A DNA stretch of 64,000 nt from a virus. Below are positions 49,567-57,815 of the stretch, piece after piece (within the stretch, counting starts at the first letter, position 1; every line of letters begins with the position of its first letter). The translations under genes and the position numbers were made by a program. The stretch lies in IMG/VR virus record IMGVR_UViG_3300045988_183421, one strand, 5' to 3'. Under the pieces are notes generated by a model. It saw only the letters and a program-made list of their open reading frames with translations. It ran no database searches and was not told where the DNA came from.

Positions 49567-50151
49567 GGTGTCAATATCGGAATAGAATTCTTTGAGTCCA
49601 ACATCAACGCCTACTACACAACCGTTGTTTGGTATAGGCTGAGGGTCATATTCCACATTAAGAACTACGAAATATTTACCGGTGGCTGTGCGTGCTACTG
49701 TTGCGTTGTGAATTGCGCCAATCTCCATAGACTGATGAACTTTTACCCAACCGATTTTCGGTAAGTGAATGCGCTTATTAGAAATGCGTATACCGTTATC
49801 AATATTGAGTGTGCGGTATGATTGTTTGGCGCTTTTTTTGCTTTTGAATTTTGGATGTGCAGCTCTATGCTCGAAAAAGTTTGTGTATCCGGCATCAAGG
49901 TTTCGCAGCGCTTGCTGCAAAGCAATGGAATCCACCTCTTTGAGAAACGCGTAGTTCACATCCTGCTTGAGCGCTGTCAGCATAGCAGAAGTTTGCTTGT
50001 AGCCGCACTTTTCCCCACCTTTGAAAGCGTCCTCCCGCATGGCAAGACCTTTATTGTAAATGAGTCTGCTGCAACCGAGAGTGCGGTCAATCAGATTGCG
50101 CTGCTCCCGGTTTGGGTAGATTCTAAATTTTACACCCTTTTGAAATGTCAT
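49555..50151 (-). pseudogene. tnpB: N-terminal fragment of an IS605-family TnpB (198 aa through RuvC-I). It is truncated at its 3' end.
   Basis: 'MTFQKGVKFRIYPNREQRNLIDRTLGCSRLIYNKGL...PKFKSKKSAKQSYRT...VVGVDVGLKEFYSD'. Confidence 0.8.
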
Positions 50152-50326
50152 CCCATTTTATCCTTTTGCCGTTGAGAAATTTTTTGATTTATTATATCAC
50201 AGCTCGCCATTCAATACTTGTGCAATTTGTAAACATTACAACTTAAGTTTCACTGCGCCTTATATTCCCATAGCTAAAACAAGGGGTTTTACGGCGCAAT
50301 CTGATAAGACACTTCTGATATTTTAC

Positions 50327-50355
50327 ATGCCCTGCTTTGGCAGGGCATTTTTTTA
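50327..50355 (+). terminator. Hairpin with a T-run (ATGCCCTGC-tttg-GCAGGGCAT TTTTTTT). It could be a terminator, an insulator or the IS left-end structure.
   Basis: 9-bp perfect stem followed by a T-run. Confidence 0.55.
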
Positions 50356-50368
50356 TTCGCAATTTGTA

Positions 50369-50397
50369 TTGACCACATTATATTTATGTGGTATAAT
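50369..50397 (+). promoter_or_regulatory. Promoter family B, copy 7 (TTGACC..TTATGTGGTATAATATAAAT).
   Basis: Consensus hexamers. Confidence 0.65.
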
Positions 50398-50444
50398 ATA
50401 AATATTCCAAGCGAAACATTGCTTTTTAGTCAAAGGAGAAATTT

Positions 50445-50960
50445 ATGAAGAAGAACATTCTGTCCGTTATTGGTGCCGCCACCGTTGCAGCCGTTGCCCT
50501 GAAACTCACGACCAAGTATGTGAAGAACGAGGTCATCAAAGAGTTGGAGGATGACGGTTATCTTTATGATGACGACGATTGTGATGACTGTGATGAGTGC
50601 TGCGGTTGTGATGAGCGCATCGATGATATTCATCACGCGCCCGTGGCTGCCGTTCATGTCATCCGCGTAGAACGCAAGCATGATGAGACGAAAAAGGATA
50701 CTGATAAGGCAACCGAGGCGAATCCTGATGCCGATAAGGATGAATCCGGCAAGGTGGATTCCGATAGCGCGTCCGAGGTCACTAAGGCCAAGGATGAATC
50801 CGCAGAGAAGCCTGTTGAAGAAAAGGCGGCGGAGGAAAAGAAGAATGAGCCTGATATCGTTGTTCCTGTAAAACAGCCCGCCAAGAAAGATGATGACAAG
50901 TCCGACTTGAACGTCCACGTTGATGAAATTATCGATTCTTTTTCTGGTCCCAACGCCTAA
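50445..50960 (+). CDS. Membrane-anchored acidic protein with a Cys/Asp cluster (DDDDCDDCDECCGCDE).
   Basis: RBS AAAGGAGAA. N-terminal transmembrane segment followed by an acidic low-complexity tail. Confidence 0.6.
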   Translation: MKKNILSVIGAATVAAVALKLTTKYVKNEVIKELEDDGYLYDDDDCDDCDECCGCDERIDDIHHAPVAAVHVIRVERKHDETKKDTDKATEANPDADKDESGKVDSDSASEVTKAKDESAEKPVEEKAAEEKKNEPDIVVPVKQPAKKDDDKSDLNVHVDEIIDSFSGPNA

Positions 50961-51004
50961 TCAATCATTATTTTAATTTTTTTACCATAAAGGAGACTTA
51001 AACC

Positions 51005-51694
51005 ATGAAAGATGCAGCAAAGAAATTCCGCAAGACCTGTGAGAAGTGCAACAAGCCGTTCAGCACCGCCAATGAGAGCGAGGTGCTGTGCCGCGAGTGT
51101 CGTATGCGTGACGATTTCGCAAAGCGCCGCGCAGAGGATGAAGCTCGCAAGGAAGCTGATGCAAAGAGCAATGAGGTGTTTGAGACCCGCAAGTGCGTTG
51201 ACTGCGGTCATGAATTCGACATCACCAATCGTGACCGCGATTTCTTCGAGAGCCACGGTTATTCTCTGCCGAACCGCTGCCCGGAATGCCGCAAGATTCA
51301 TCGCGACTTCGTGAAGCGCGGACTGGATAACATCGGTCTGGAAGACACTTGCGCAGATTGCGGTCAGAAGCTGCAGTTTACCAATCGCGAGCTGTACTGG
51401 TATGTTGTCCACGACTACAAGCTCCCCACCCGCTGCAAGGCTTGCCGTGAAAAGCGCAATGAGCACTTCGCAAAAATCGCAGCAAAGAAAGTGACTGCTG
51501 AGGGAGTCAAGGATGCGGTTATTGAAGCGCCCATCAATGAGTCGGTTGCAGAAGATGCCAATGTCCCCGCAATCACCGGGGATATCACTTCTCCCGCAGA
51601 GACTGTCACGGAAACTCCGGTAGAGGCCGCTGCCGAGACGGTTGCCGAGGCCGTCTCCAATACGACTCCTGACGCCAACGGCGCATCCGCTTAA
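51005..51694 (+). CDS. Protein with three CxxC...CxxC zinc-ribbon modules and an acidic tail.
   Basis: CEKCN..CRECR, CVDCG..CPECR and CADCG..CKACR. Confidence 0.6.
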   Translation: MKDAAKKFRKTCEKCNKPFSTANESEVLCRECRMRDDFAKRRAEDEARKEADAKSNEVFETRKCVDCGHEFDITNRDRDFFESHGYSLPNRCPECRKIHRDFVKRGLDNIGLEDTCADCGQKLQFTNRELYWYVVHDYKLPTRCKACREKRNEHFAKIAAKKVTAEGVKDAVIEAPINESVAEDANVPAITGDITSPAETVTETPVEAAAETVAEAVSNTTPDANGASA

Positions 51695-51969
51695 TGTCGT
51701 CTTTGCACAGTTTCTGTATCGAGCTTCTAATCGTATACGGATTCTGTATTGCAACATGGGCTTTGTTTCGAACTTTGTTTGTGCTTAATCGCAACAAAAT
51801 CAAGAAAAACCATGTTGACGGGGATTGCGACAGTAACAAAAAAGATGCTGCCGCAACAAATGTATTCGACGAAGGTATCGACAAACTCGATTGGTTCATG
51901 TGGCTTGCAACGAAGTTGGCCGTTGTAGCCTTTCTGATGCGAATCATCGTTGCTTTCTTTGCTCGATAA
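51694..51969 (+). CDS. Possible small membrane protein of 91 aa. No clear RBS.
   Basis: Two hydrophobic segments. Its frame avoids the codons TTA, CTA and TCA, as the neighbouring host-like genes do. Confidence 0.3.
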   Translation: MSSLHSFCIELLIVYGFCIATWALFRTLFVLNRNKIKKNHVDGDCDSNKKDAAATNVFDEGIDKLDWFMWLATKLAVVAFLMRIIVAFFAR

Positions 51970-51993
51970 TCTCAGTCGCGGAAGGAGTAAGCA

Positions 51994-53334
51994 TTGGACA
52001 ACATTAAAAATCCGGCGAAAAAGCCGAAACTCAAAAAGTCTTATTCGAACAGCACCATCTTTCAGAAGCTGATGGTGGATGATGTTCGCAACAAGATTCT
52101 CTTCACCATCCTTTGTCTTCTGATTTATCGTCTGGGTTGCGGTATTACGATTCCGTTCGTAAACACCGCTGCGCTTCAGACTATGTTCGGAAGCACCTCT
52201 GTACTGGATTATTACAATCTGGTTTCCGGTGGCGCACTTTCTCAGTGTGCGGTATTTGCGATTGGCGTATCTGCATACATCAACGCAAGCATCATCATCC
52301 AGCTTTTGACTGTTGCGATTCCGAAACTGGAAGAAATCAGCAAGGACATCGGCGGGCAGAAGCAAATCAATAAAATCACGCAGTATGTTGGCTGTGGTTT
52401 GGCGGCTGTAACAGCTATCGGGTACTTCTTTATTATGAAGAACTACGGTGCGATGAAATACACTTCCGGCATTTCGCAGGTCGTGGAAGCCATTACTGTT
52501 ATTGCCATTCTGACTGCTGGTTCTCAAATCGTCATCTGGCTTGGATGGCTGATTGACGAAAAAGGTATTGGCAACGGTATTTCCCTTATCATCTTTACCG
52601 GTATCATTTCCAGATGGGATGCTGTCATCTCGTTGTTCCAGAACTCTATTGCAATGGGCAAAGAAAATGGATGGTGGTATTACCTGATGATTCCCGGCGT
52701 CATCCTCTTTGTTTTGGCGGCCACCTTCTATGTCGTTTTCGCAAGCGATGCAGAGCGCCGCGTTCCTGTTCAGTATGCCGGTAAAAATGTAGGGAACAAA
52801 GCATCCACTGGTCAGTCCAGTTATATCCCCATCAAACTGATTATGTCGGGTGTTATGCCTATTATTTTCTCGTCCACCATTTGCAGTATGCCGTCTCTCG
52901 TGACGATGTTCCTCGATTACAACAAGCACCCCAGCCTGTATATGGCGCTGGCATCTTGGAATTCGCGGAATTGGATTTATGATGTTGCGTATGTGGCCCT
53001 GATTTTCGCATTCAACTTATTCTACATCGACATCACATTCGACCCCATCGAAATGGCAAACAATCTGCGCAAGAACGGCGGCAGTATCCCCGGTATTCGA
53101 GCAGGCAAAGCTACCAGTGATTATCTGCGCAATGCTTGCCATTCTCTCGCCGGTTCGGGAGCATTTGTTCTTTCGGTTATTGCATGTGTGCCTATCTTGG
53201 CAACTGCGGTTACAGGTCTGAACATGCACTTTGGCGGTACCAGTCTGTTGATTGTCACAGGTGTTACGCTTGAAGTTATCGATTCTCTTAACAGCCATTT
53301 GGTGGTTCGCCATCACAAGGGTTTCTTGAATTGA
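51994..53334 (+). CDS. secY2: SecY-family preprotein translocase subunit. It is a paralogue: it is not in a ribosomal-protein/adk context, so I call it SecY2-like.
   Basis: TTG start with RBS AAGGAG. 'DVRNKILFTILCLLIYRLGCGITIPFVN', 'GGALSQCAVFAIGVSAYINASIIIQLL' and the 'GNGISLIIFTGI' signature. Confidence 0.85.
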   Translation: MDNIKNPAKKPKLKKSYSNSTIFQKLMVDDVRNKILFTILCLLIYRLGCGITIPFVNTAALQTMFGSTSVLDYYNLVSGGALSQCAVFAIGVSAYINASIIIQLLTVAIPKLEEISKDIGGQKQINKITQYVGCGLAAVTAIGYFFIMKNYGAMKYTSGISQVVEAITVIAILTAGSQIVIWLGWLIDEKGIGNGISLIIFTGIISRWDAVISLFQNSIAMGKENGWWYYLMIPGVILFVLAATFYVVFASDAERRVPVQYAGKNVGNKASTGQSSYIPIKLIMSGVMPIIFSSTICSMPSLVTMFLDYNKHPSLYMALASWNSRNWIYDVAYVALIFAFNLFYIDITFDPIEMANNLRKNGGSIPGIRAGKATSDYLRNACHSLAGSGAFVLSVIACVPILATAVTGLNMHFGGTSLLIVTGVTLEVIDSLNSHLVVRHHKGFLN

Positions 53335-53349
53335 CGGGAGGGCAACACA

Positions 53350-53604
53350 ATGGCAATTTATGAAATCATTCTGTGCATCTTGATTCTGTTTGTTTCTGTT
53401 CTGGTTTGTGCGGTTACGCTTTCCATGGATAAGGCCGACAAGAACAGTCTTAGTGTTATCACCGGAATCAGTGATACAATGCGCTCGAATGCTAAAGACA
53501 GCACGAAAACGTCCGCAAATAAACTGGTTGCTGTATGTACAGCTATTCTGCTTGTTATCGCAATCATCATGTTCGTAGTAACCGGAGTAGGAGGTGCGGC
53601 ATGA
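53350..53604 (+). CDS. SecG-like small membrane protein of 84 aa.
   Basis: Two transmembrane helices flank an S/G/T-rich loop (LSMDKADKNSLSVITGISDTM), similar to SecG 'LLQSSKSAGLSGAISGG'. Confidence 0.4.
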   Translation: MAIYEIILCILILFVSVLVCAVTLSMDKADKNSLSVITGISDTMRSNAKDSTKTSANKLVAVCTAILLVIAIIMFVVTGVGGAA

Positions 53605-53852
53605 AAGATAAACTGAAAAAGGTAGGAACGGCTATTGCGAATTTCGTGAAGGCAATTCCTTCTTTCGTCAAGAGCACGCCTAAGAAGCTTCACAATTTGG
53701 TTGCACCCAAAAATGTGACTTGGCCGAGTATGCACAACACGCTCCATCGAACCGGAGCAGTTCTTGTTGTGAGTGCTGTATCCGCCGTTATTATTGGCAT
53801 TATGGATGCGGCATACGCTCTGTTGCTTCACGTTCCGTTCCTGTTCGTTTAA
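53601..53852 (+). CDS. SecE-like protein.
   Basis: 'KNVTWPSMHNTLHRTGAVLVVSAVSAVIIGIMDAAYALLL' matches the SecE 'KVSWPKGKELTRYTITVI..FALLD' pattern. Confidence 0.5.
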   Translation: MKDKLKKVGTAIANFVKAIPSFVKSTPKKLHNLVAPKNVTWPSMHNTLHRTGAVLVVSAVSAVIIGIMDAAYALLLHVPFLFV

Positions 53853-53858
53853 AATACT

Positions 53859-53895
53859 GCCCCGGTAGGCAACCTGTCTGCCGGGGTCTTTTTTA
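53859..53895 (+). terminator. Weak terminator.
   Basis: CCCCGG..CCGGGG stem followed by TCTTTTTT. Confidence 0.4.
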
Positions 53896-53909
53896 TAAAG
53901 GAGTTTTTT

Positions 53910-55073
53910 ATGAAAAAAAATGCAAAAGAGATTTTGGCAGTCATCAGTGCCGCATGTATTGCATTGACCGCGTGTGGCAAAAACGTGACCGATGCAAGTA
54001 CATCTGAGACTGCGGAAACAGCTACCTCTGAAACGGCTTCCGCTGTTGAGTATGACCTCGGTCTTGATGATGACGGGTATTTTCGTGATGTGACCGCGTC
54101 CAAATACATAAAGATGCCCAAGAATTATAAGGAATATACGGTCAGCAAAGATGTATACGCTGTTACGGACGAGGAGATTCAAAGTGAGTTGGATTATTTT
54201 CAGTCCAATTACAAGCTGACAACAGAGGTAACAGACCGCGCCGCACAGAAAGGCGATGTTGTGAACATTGACTATGAGGGTACGGTTGATGGTGTTGCTT
54301 TTACCGGTGGAACAACAGAAGACTACGATTTGGAACTCGGTTCCAATACCTTTATTGACGGATTTGAAGAGCAAATCGTCGGGCATAACACGGGGGATTC
54401 GTTTGACGTCACAGTAACATTCCCTGATGGATATAGCAGTACAACAGATAGAACCACAGGCGAGCAGACTATCGAGCTCGCCAACAAGGAAGCTGTTTTC
54501 CATGTAACGCTTAATAAGATTTCTCAATATAGCATGACAGATGCTGATGTTGCCGGTATCATGAGTGGCTACAAGCTGCAAGACGGCACTGCTGTAACTA
54601 CAGTAGACCTGCTTCGTGAATATGTTGAAGAGAATCTTCGTATGAATAAGATTCAGAATGAGATTGAACAGTATTTCATTGACAATGTAAAACTCAAAAA
54701 GGATACGACAGACCTTGTCAACCTGAGTCTTGAAACCAACTTGAAGTATGTCGAAAACGAAGCAACTGCCTACAATATGGACTTGGAGACATTCGTTCAG
54801 ACATACAGCAATTATAAGACCTCGGAGGAGTATTCAGAAAGTCTTCGTGGTCAGACGGAAGAAAATGTTTTACTGAGCCTTGTTGCGCAGTATCTGGCAG
54901 AGGAACAGGACTATAAACCGTCTGTCGATGAAGTGAAAGCTTATATTGGCAGTAACTACGATAACGCCGTTGATACCTATGGAGCAGGTCCTTTGGCACA
55001 GGAGTGTATGTATAACAAGATTATGGGCAACTACTGCATTGATGTGTACGAGCGGTCTGCCGCAGCTGAGTAA
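53910..55073 (+). CDS. Lipoprotein homologous to trigger factor. It has the FKBP-type PPIase and C-terminal chaperone domains but no ribosome-binding N-domain.
   Basis: RBS AAAGGAG. Lipobox in ISAACIALTACGKN. 'AAQKGDVVNIDYEGTVDGVAFTGGTTEDYDLELGSNTFIDGFEEQIVGHNTGDSFDVTVTFPDGY' is collinear with the TF PPIase domain. Confidence 0.7.
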   Translation: MKKNAKEILAVISAACIALTACGKNVTDASTSETAETATSETASAVEYDLGLDDDGYFRDVTASKYIKMPKNYKEYTVSKDVYAVTDEEIQSELDYFQSNYKLTTEVTDRAAQKGDVVNIDYEGTVDGVAFTGGTTEDYDLELGSNTFIDGFEEQIVGHNTGDSFDVTVTFPDGYSSTTDRTTGEQTIELANKEAVFHVTLNKISQYSMTDADVAGIMSGYKLQDGTAVTTVDLLREYVEENLRMNKIQNEIEQYFIDNVKLKKDTTDLVNLSLETNLKYVENEATAYNMDLETFVQTYSNYKTSEEYSESLRGQTEENVLLSLVAQYLAEEQDYKPSVDEVKAYIGSNYDNAVDTYGAGPLAQECMYNKIMGNYCIDVYERSAAAE

Positions 55074-55084
55074 GGTGATGTATT

Positions 55085-56056
55085 ATGGCAAAAACACCTA
55101 TTATTCCACCACTGCCCAAAGAAGAACATTTCGAGCAGGAACTTGGTGCGTACAATTACATTCCAAATGATGAGGATGATGGAACTGGTGAAAACTTCCC
55201 TCATCAAAAGGCAAGTCATGACGAGGATGACAATGAATCGATGGATGCGATGGACGCGTCAGAGGGCAAAGAGAAACGGCGATTTTCCATCTGGACAGTT
55301 TTGTTGGTCGTAATCTGCATCGTTCTTATTGCCATGATTGGCTATATTGGATGGAAGGCGTATGATTACTATCATATTCCTGCATATGAAACAGGAGACA
55401 TCTCCGACGATGTAGAAGAACCCGTTTCTACCCCCTCGATTCTTATCCCGTCTTCTAATTCAAGTGAGAGTGATTCAGAACCGGAACCGACACCAAAGCC
55501 AGCGTATTCCAAGAACACCGTTGGTTACTTAACTGTTCCCGGCGTTGATGTTACAGATGAGCCCATTTTGCAGCATCCCACAGACGATGATTATTACCTG
55601 ACTCACAATGAGTTCGATAGGGAAAGTATCTGGGGCGCTTATTTTGTTCCCTCCGAATGGAATGTCAGCAATGTTGACGATATGTACAGAGTAACTGTTA
55701 TTTTTGGACATAGCAACGGAAACAGTATGCACAAGAAATTCAGTGTTTTGAAATACTTCCGCGATGTCAACTTTGCAAAAGAACATCGGTATATTTATCT
55801 TACTTTGGGTGAACAACAGACACGATGGAAAATCTTTGCCGTTGCCGATTATCCTATTGACCCAAGTTATACCATTGCGAATCCGGATGATTCGTATTTT
55901 CTGACAGAGATTGCAAGTATGAAAGCTTACTCTTACAATCAGTACGCCACAGAAGTTGGATTGAATGATAAGGTTTTGATTTTGTCCACCTGTTCAGGCA
56001 GTGATAATTACGATACTCGTTTTATTGTATGTGCAAAACTTGACGAAGTCTTCTGA
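55085..56056 (+). CDS. srtB: Class B sortase (SrtB family) with an N-terminal membrane anchor.
   Basis: 'VTVIFGHSNGNSMHKKF' is the His motif. 'LILSTCSGSDNYDTRFIVCAKL' is the TLSTC..R active site. Transmembrane segment IWTVLLVVICIVLIAMIGYIGW. Confidence 0.85.
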   Translation: MAKTPIIPPLPKEEHFEQELGAYNYIPNDEDDGTGENFPHQKASHDEDDNESMDAMDASEGKEKRRFSIWTVLLVVICIVLIAMIGYIGWKAYDYYHIPAYETGDISDDVEEPVSTPSILIPSSNSSESDSEPEPTPKPAYSKNTVGYLTVPGVDVTDEPILQHPTDDDYYLTHNEFDRESIWGAYFVPSEWNVSNVDDMYRVTVIFGHSNGNSMHKKFSVLKYFRDVNFAKEHRYIYLTLGEQQTRWKIFAVADYPIDPSYTIANPDDSYFLTEIASMKAYSYNQYATEVGLNDKVLILSTCSGSDNYDTRFIVCAKLDEVF

Positions 56057-56063
56057 AAAAGCT

Positions 56064-56092
56064 CTTGCATTATGCTGCGAAGTTAATATAAT
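56064..56092 (+). promoter_or_regulatory. Promoter family A, copy 3 (CTTGCA-ttatgctgcgaagttaa-TATAAT).
   Basis: Diverged copy of the conserved element. ACATAAATCAAAT follows. Confidence 0.5.
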
Positions 56093-56146
56093 TGAGACAT
56101 AACATAAATCAAATGATTTAACTGTATTATTGCAATCGGCAACTGA

Positions 56147-56180
56147 GCCGCCAGTGGATTGTCCCATTGGCGGCTTTTTG
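56147..56180 (+). terminator. Leader terminator-like hairpin downstream of promoter A3.
   Basis: GCCGCCAGTGG-attgtc-CCATTGGCGGC followed by TTTTTG. Confidence 0.6.
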
Positions 56181-56235
56181 CTGTTTATATAGATGTCCGA
56201 ACATTAACCTAATTTAAAACATGGAGGTATTCGCT

Positions 56236-56550
56236 ATGTTAAGCTTCTTTGACGCTGTTGCATCTGTTGCTGCTTTGGTTTGGGCTCTCGCTGTGGGGGC
56301 TTGTATCTTCCTTGCCATCGATTGGGATGGTTTATTTGAGGCTAAATACATCAAAGTTTTTCTCGTTGTCGCCATCATTGCGCAAGCCACGCTGTTCATC
56401 ATCAAAAAAATTGGTGCTGTTCTGTATTGCGGTATGTTCGCCAGTCTTACAATTTCAGTTCTTGGAATGATTGAGAACTTGTATTTGTACGCATATTTGG
56501 CGATTATGATTGCAGCTATGTTTGGCATGACAAAGCGCTATCACAGATAA
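56236..56550 (+). CDS. Small polytopic membrane protein, first of a tandem pair.
   Basis: RBS GGAGG. Translation MLSFFDAVASVAALVWALAVGACIFLAIDWDGLFEAK... Confidence 0.65.
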   Translation: MLSFFDAVASVAALVWALAVGACIFLAIDWDGLFEAKYIKVFLVVAIIAQATLFIIKKIGAVLYCGMFASLTISVLGMIENLYLYAYLAIMIAAMFGMTKRYHR

Positions 56551-56605
56551 TGCGATTCGATGTCCATAAACCCGTAAACCATCAGTAATTTTGGAGGTAA
56601 CTGAT

Positions 56606-56923
56606 ATGAGTAACTTTTTTGACACAGCAACCCTTATTTTCGCTTTTGTTTGGGTCATCTGCATGGGAGCCAGCTTCATTGCTGTTCTTGACTGGGACGG
56701 AATCATTGAGGCCAAGCGTCTCAAGCTTCTTGTTCCTGCGGCAGTCGTTGCCCAGATGTTGATGTTTTTGGTCGATAAACTTGGTGCCGCTTTTTATTGT
56801 GGTGCTTTTTCGAGCTTTACCATCGTGATTCTGAACATGATTGAAAAGGGATACACTTACATCTACCTTGCATTGGCGCTTGCGGCTATGTTCGGTATGA
56901 TGCAACGCTATCACAGAGATTAA
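56606..56923 (+). CDS. Paralogue of the preceding membrane protein, forming a tandem duplicate.
   Basis: MSNFFDTATLIFAFVWVICMGASFIAVLDWDGIIEAK... About 45% identical and collinear with the first copy. Confidence 0.65.
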   Translation: MSNFFDTATLIFAFVWVICMGASFIAVLDWDGIIEAKRLKLLVPAAVVAQMLMFLVDKLGAAFYCGAFSSFTIVILNMIEKGYTYIYLALALAAMFGMMQRYHRD

Positions 56924-56968
56924 AACGATTTACAACTAAATCGTCCACACGAAAGGAAAGGTAAAAAA

Positions 56969-57568
56969 ATGGAAAAGATTCTCAATGTAAAAATTCACAA
57001 TCAGACCGAGGAAGTCGCCAGTAAGGCAAAGAACGAGGCTCGCAACACTGCCAAGAATCCCCACATGGCAATGTTCGTCTTGTTTGCCGTCCTGTTCAAC
57101 ATTCTGGCGTTCGTCGTTCCCGCCAACGCAAATGACCTGTGGGGTTCTCGCATGAGTGCCTATAAGGTCGGCTGCGGCATCGGGTGTGCTGTTTTGGCGT
57201 GGTGCCTGCTGCATCTGCGCGACATTATTCGTGAACCAAGTCTTATCGGGGCTTATCAGATGTCCTACGATAAGCAGCGCACATTTAAAAAGCGCGGCAT
57301 CATTGCAAGTATTGGTACTGTTCTGAATAGTGTTGTGTATGCGGCACTTACGGTAACGATTGCTTCGCTGCCAACGCTTGGCGCTCTCGCAGTCAGTTCT
57401 ATTTATTGCAAGAGTTTCGCAGGATTTGAGACGCTTGATGTTGGTATCATGATTAGCGGCATCATTCTTTATCTTGGCGCAATGCTTCTTAATCGTTTCG
57501 GCCGAACGATTGATGCTTTCGTTGAGAAGAAGAAGTCTCCGAAAATTCCTTCGGATAACAAAGAATAA
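56969..57568 (+). CDS. Membrane protein, hypothetical.
   Basis: RBS GAAAGGAAAGG. Four predicted transmembrane helices. Confidence 0.6.
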   Translation: MEKILNVKIHNQTEEVASKAKNEARNTAKNPHMAMFVLFAVLFNILAFVVPANANDLWGSRMSAYKVGCGIGCAVLAWCLLHLRDIIREPSLIGAYQMSYDKQRTFKKRGIIASIGTVLNSVVYAALTVTIASLPTLGALAVSSIYCKSFAGFETLDVGIMISGIILYLGAMLLNRFGRTIDAFVEKKKSPKIPSDNKE

Positions 57569-57579
57569 ATAACACTAAG

Positions 57580-57610
57580 GCGCTTCCCCGTAATACGGGA
57601 GGCGCTTTTT
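57580..57610 (+). terminator. Rho-independent terminator.
   Basis: GCGCTTCCC..GGGAGGCGC stem followed by TTTTT. Confidence 0.7.
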
Positions 57611-57623
57611 ATTGTATCCTGTA

Positions 57624-57652
57624 CTTGCAAATTGCTGCAAAGTTAATAATAT
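57624..57652 (+). promoter_or_regulatory. Promoter family A, copy 4 (CTTGCA-aattgctgcaaagttaa-TAATAT).
   Basis: Conserved element followed by GATAAATAAAAT. Confidence 0.55.
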
Positions 57653-57744
57653 ATAGTTATCCGATAAATAAAATCACACAATGCATCGTACCAGAGTTTT
57701 GTGGGCGTGCATGATTGAATTATCGCCAATCACAATGTACTAAA

Positions 57745-57780
57745 GGTAGCTATTTTTGAGAAAATAGCTGCCTTTTTTAT
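57745..57780 (+). terminator. Leader terminator-like hairpin downstream of promoter A4.
   Basis: GGTAGCTATTTT-tgag-AAAATAGCTGCC followed by TTTTTT. Confidence 0.65.
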
Positions 57781-57815
57781 TTAGAAAAATAATATATTAC
57801 GGAGGATATGTGAAC

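Larger units (their letters stand above)
46940..50360. mobile_element. Degenerate, nested cluster of IS200/IS605-family elements: fragments of an older tnpB on the minus strand flank a plus-strand tnpA-pseudogene plus tnpB-like unit.
   Basis: See the component features below. Confidence 0.65.

Noticed and set aside
50327-50355. Treating the 9-bp hairpin plus T-run as the terminator of a plus-strand gene
   Set aside because: No plus-strand gene ends nearby, since the upstream neighbour is the minus-strand TnpB fragment. I keep it as a feature with moderate confidence, because it may be a bidirectional insulator or an IS-end secondary structure, not a gene terminator.
51727-52929. 400-aa minus-strand ORF overlapping secY2; a similar one (31778..32818) overlaps the flotillin gene and another (53358..54581) overlaps the secG/secE/TF genes
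   Set aside because: Same codon-bias shadow effect. The sense-strand genes have unmistakable SecY, SPFH and trigger-factor signatures.
51994-53334. Interpreting this SecY as the essential housekeeping SecY
   Set aside because: The gene is not flanked by the ribosomal-protein spc operon genes (rplO upstream, adk/infA/rpmJ downstream) that virtually always surround the primary secY. It is flanked instead by small membrane proteins, a lipoprotein and a sortase, so a paralogue is more likely.
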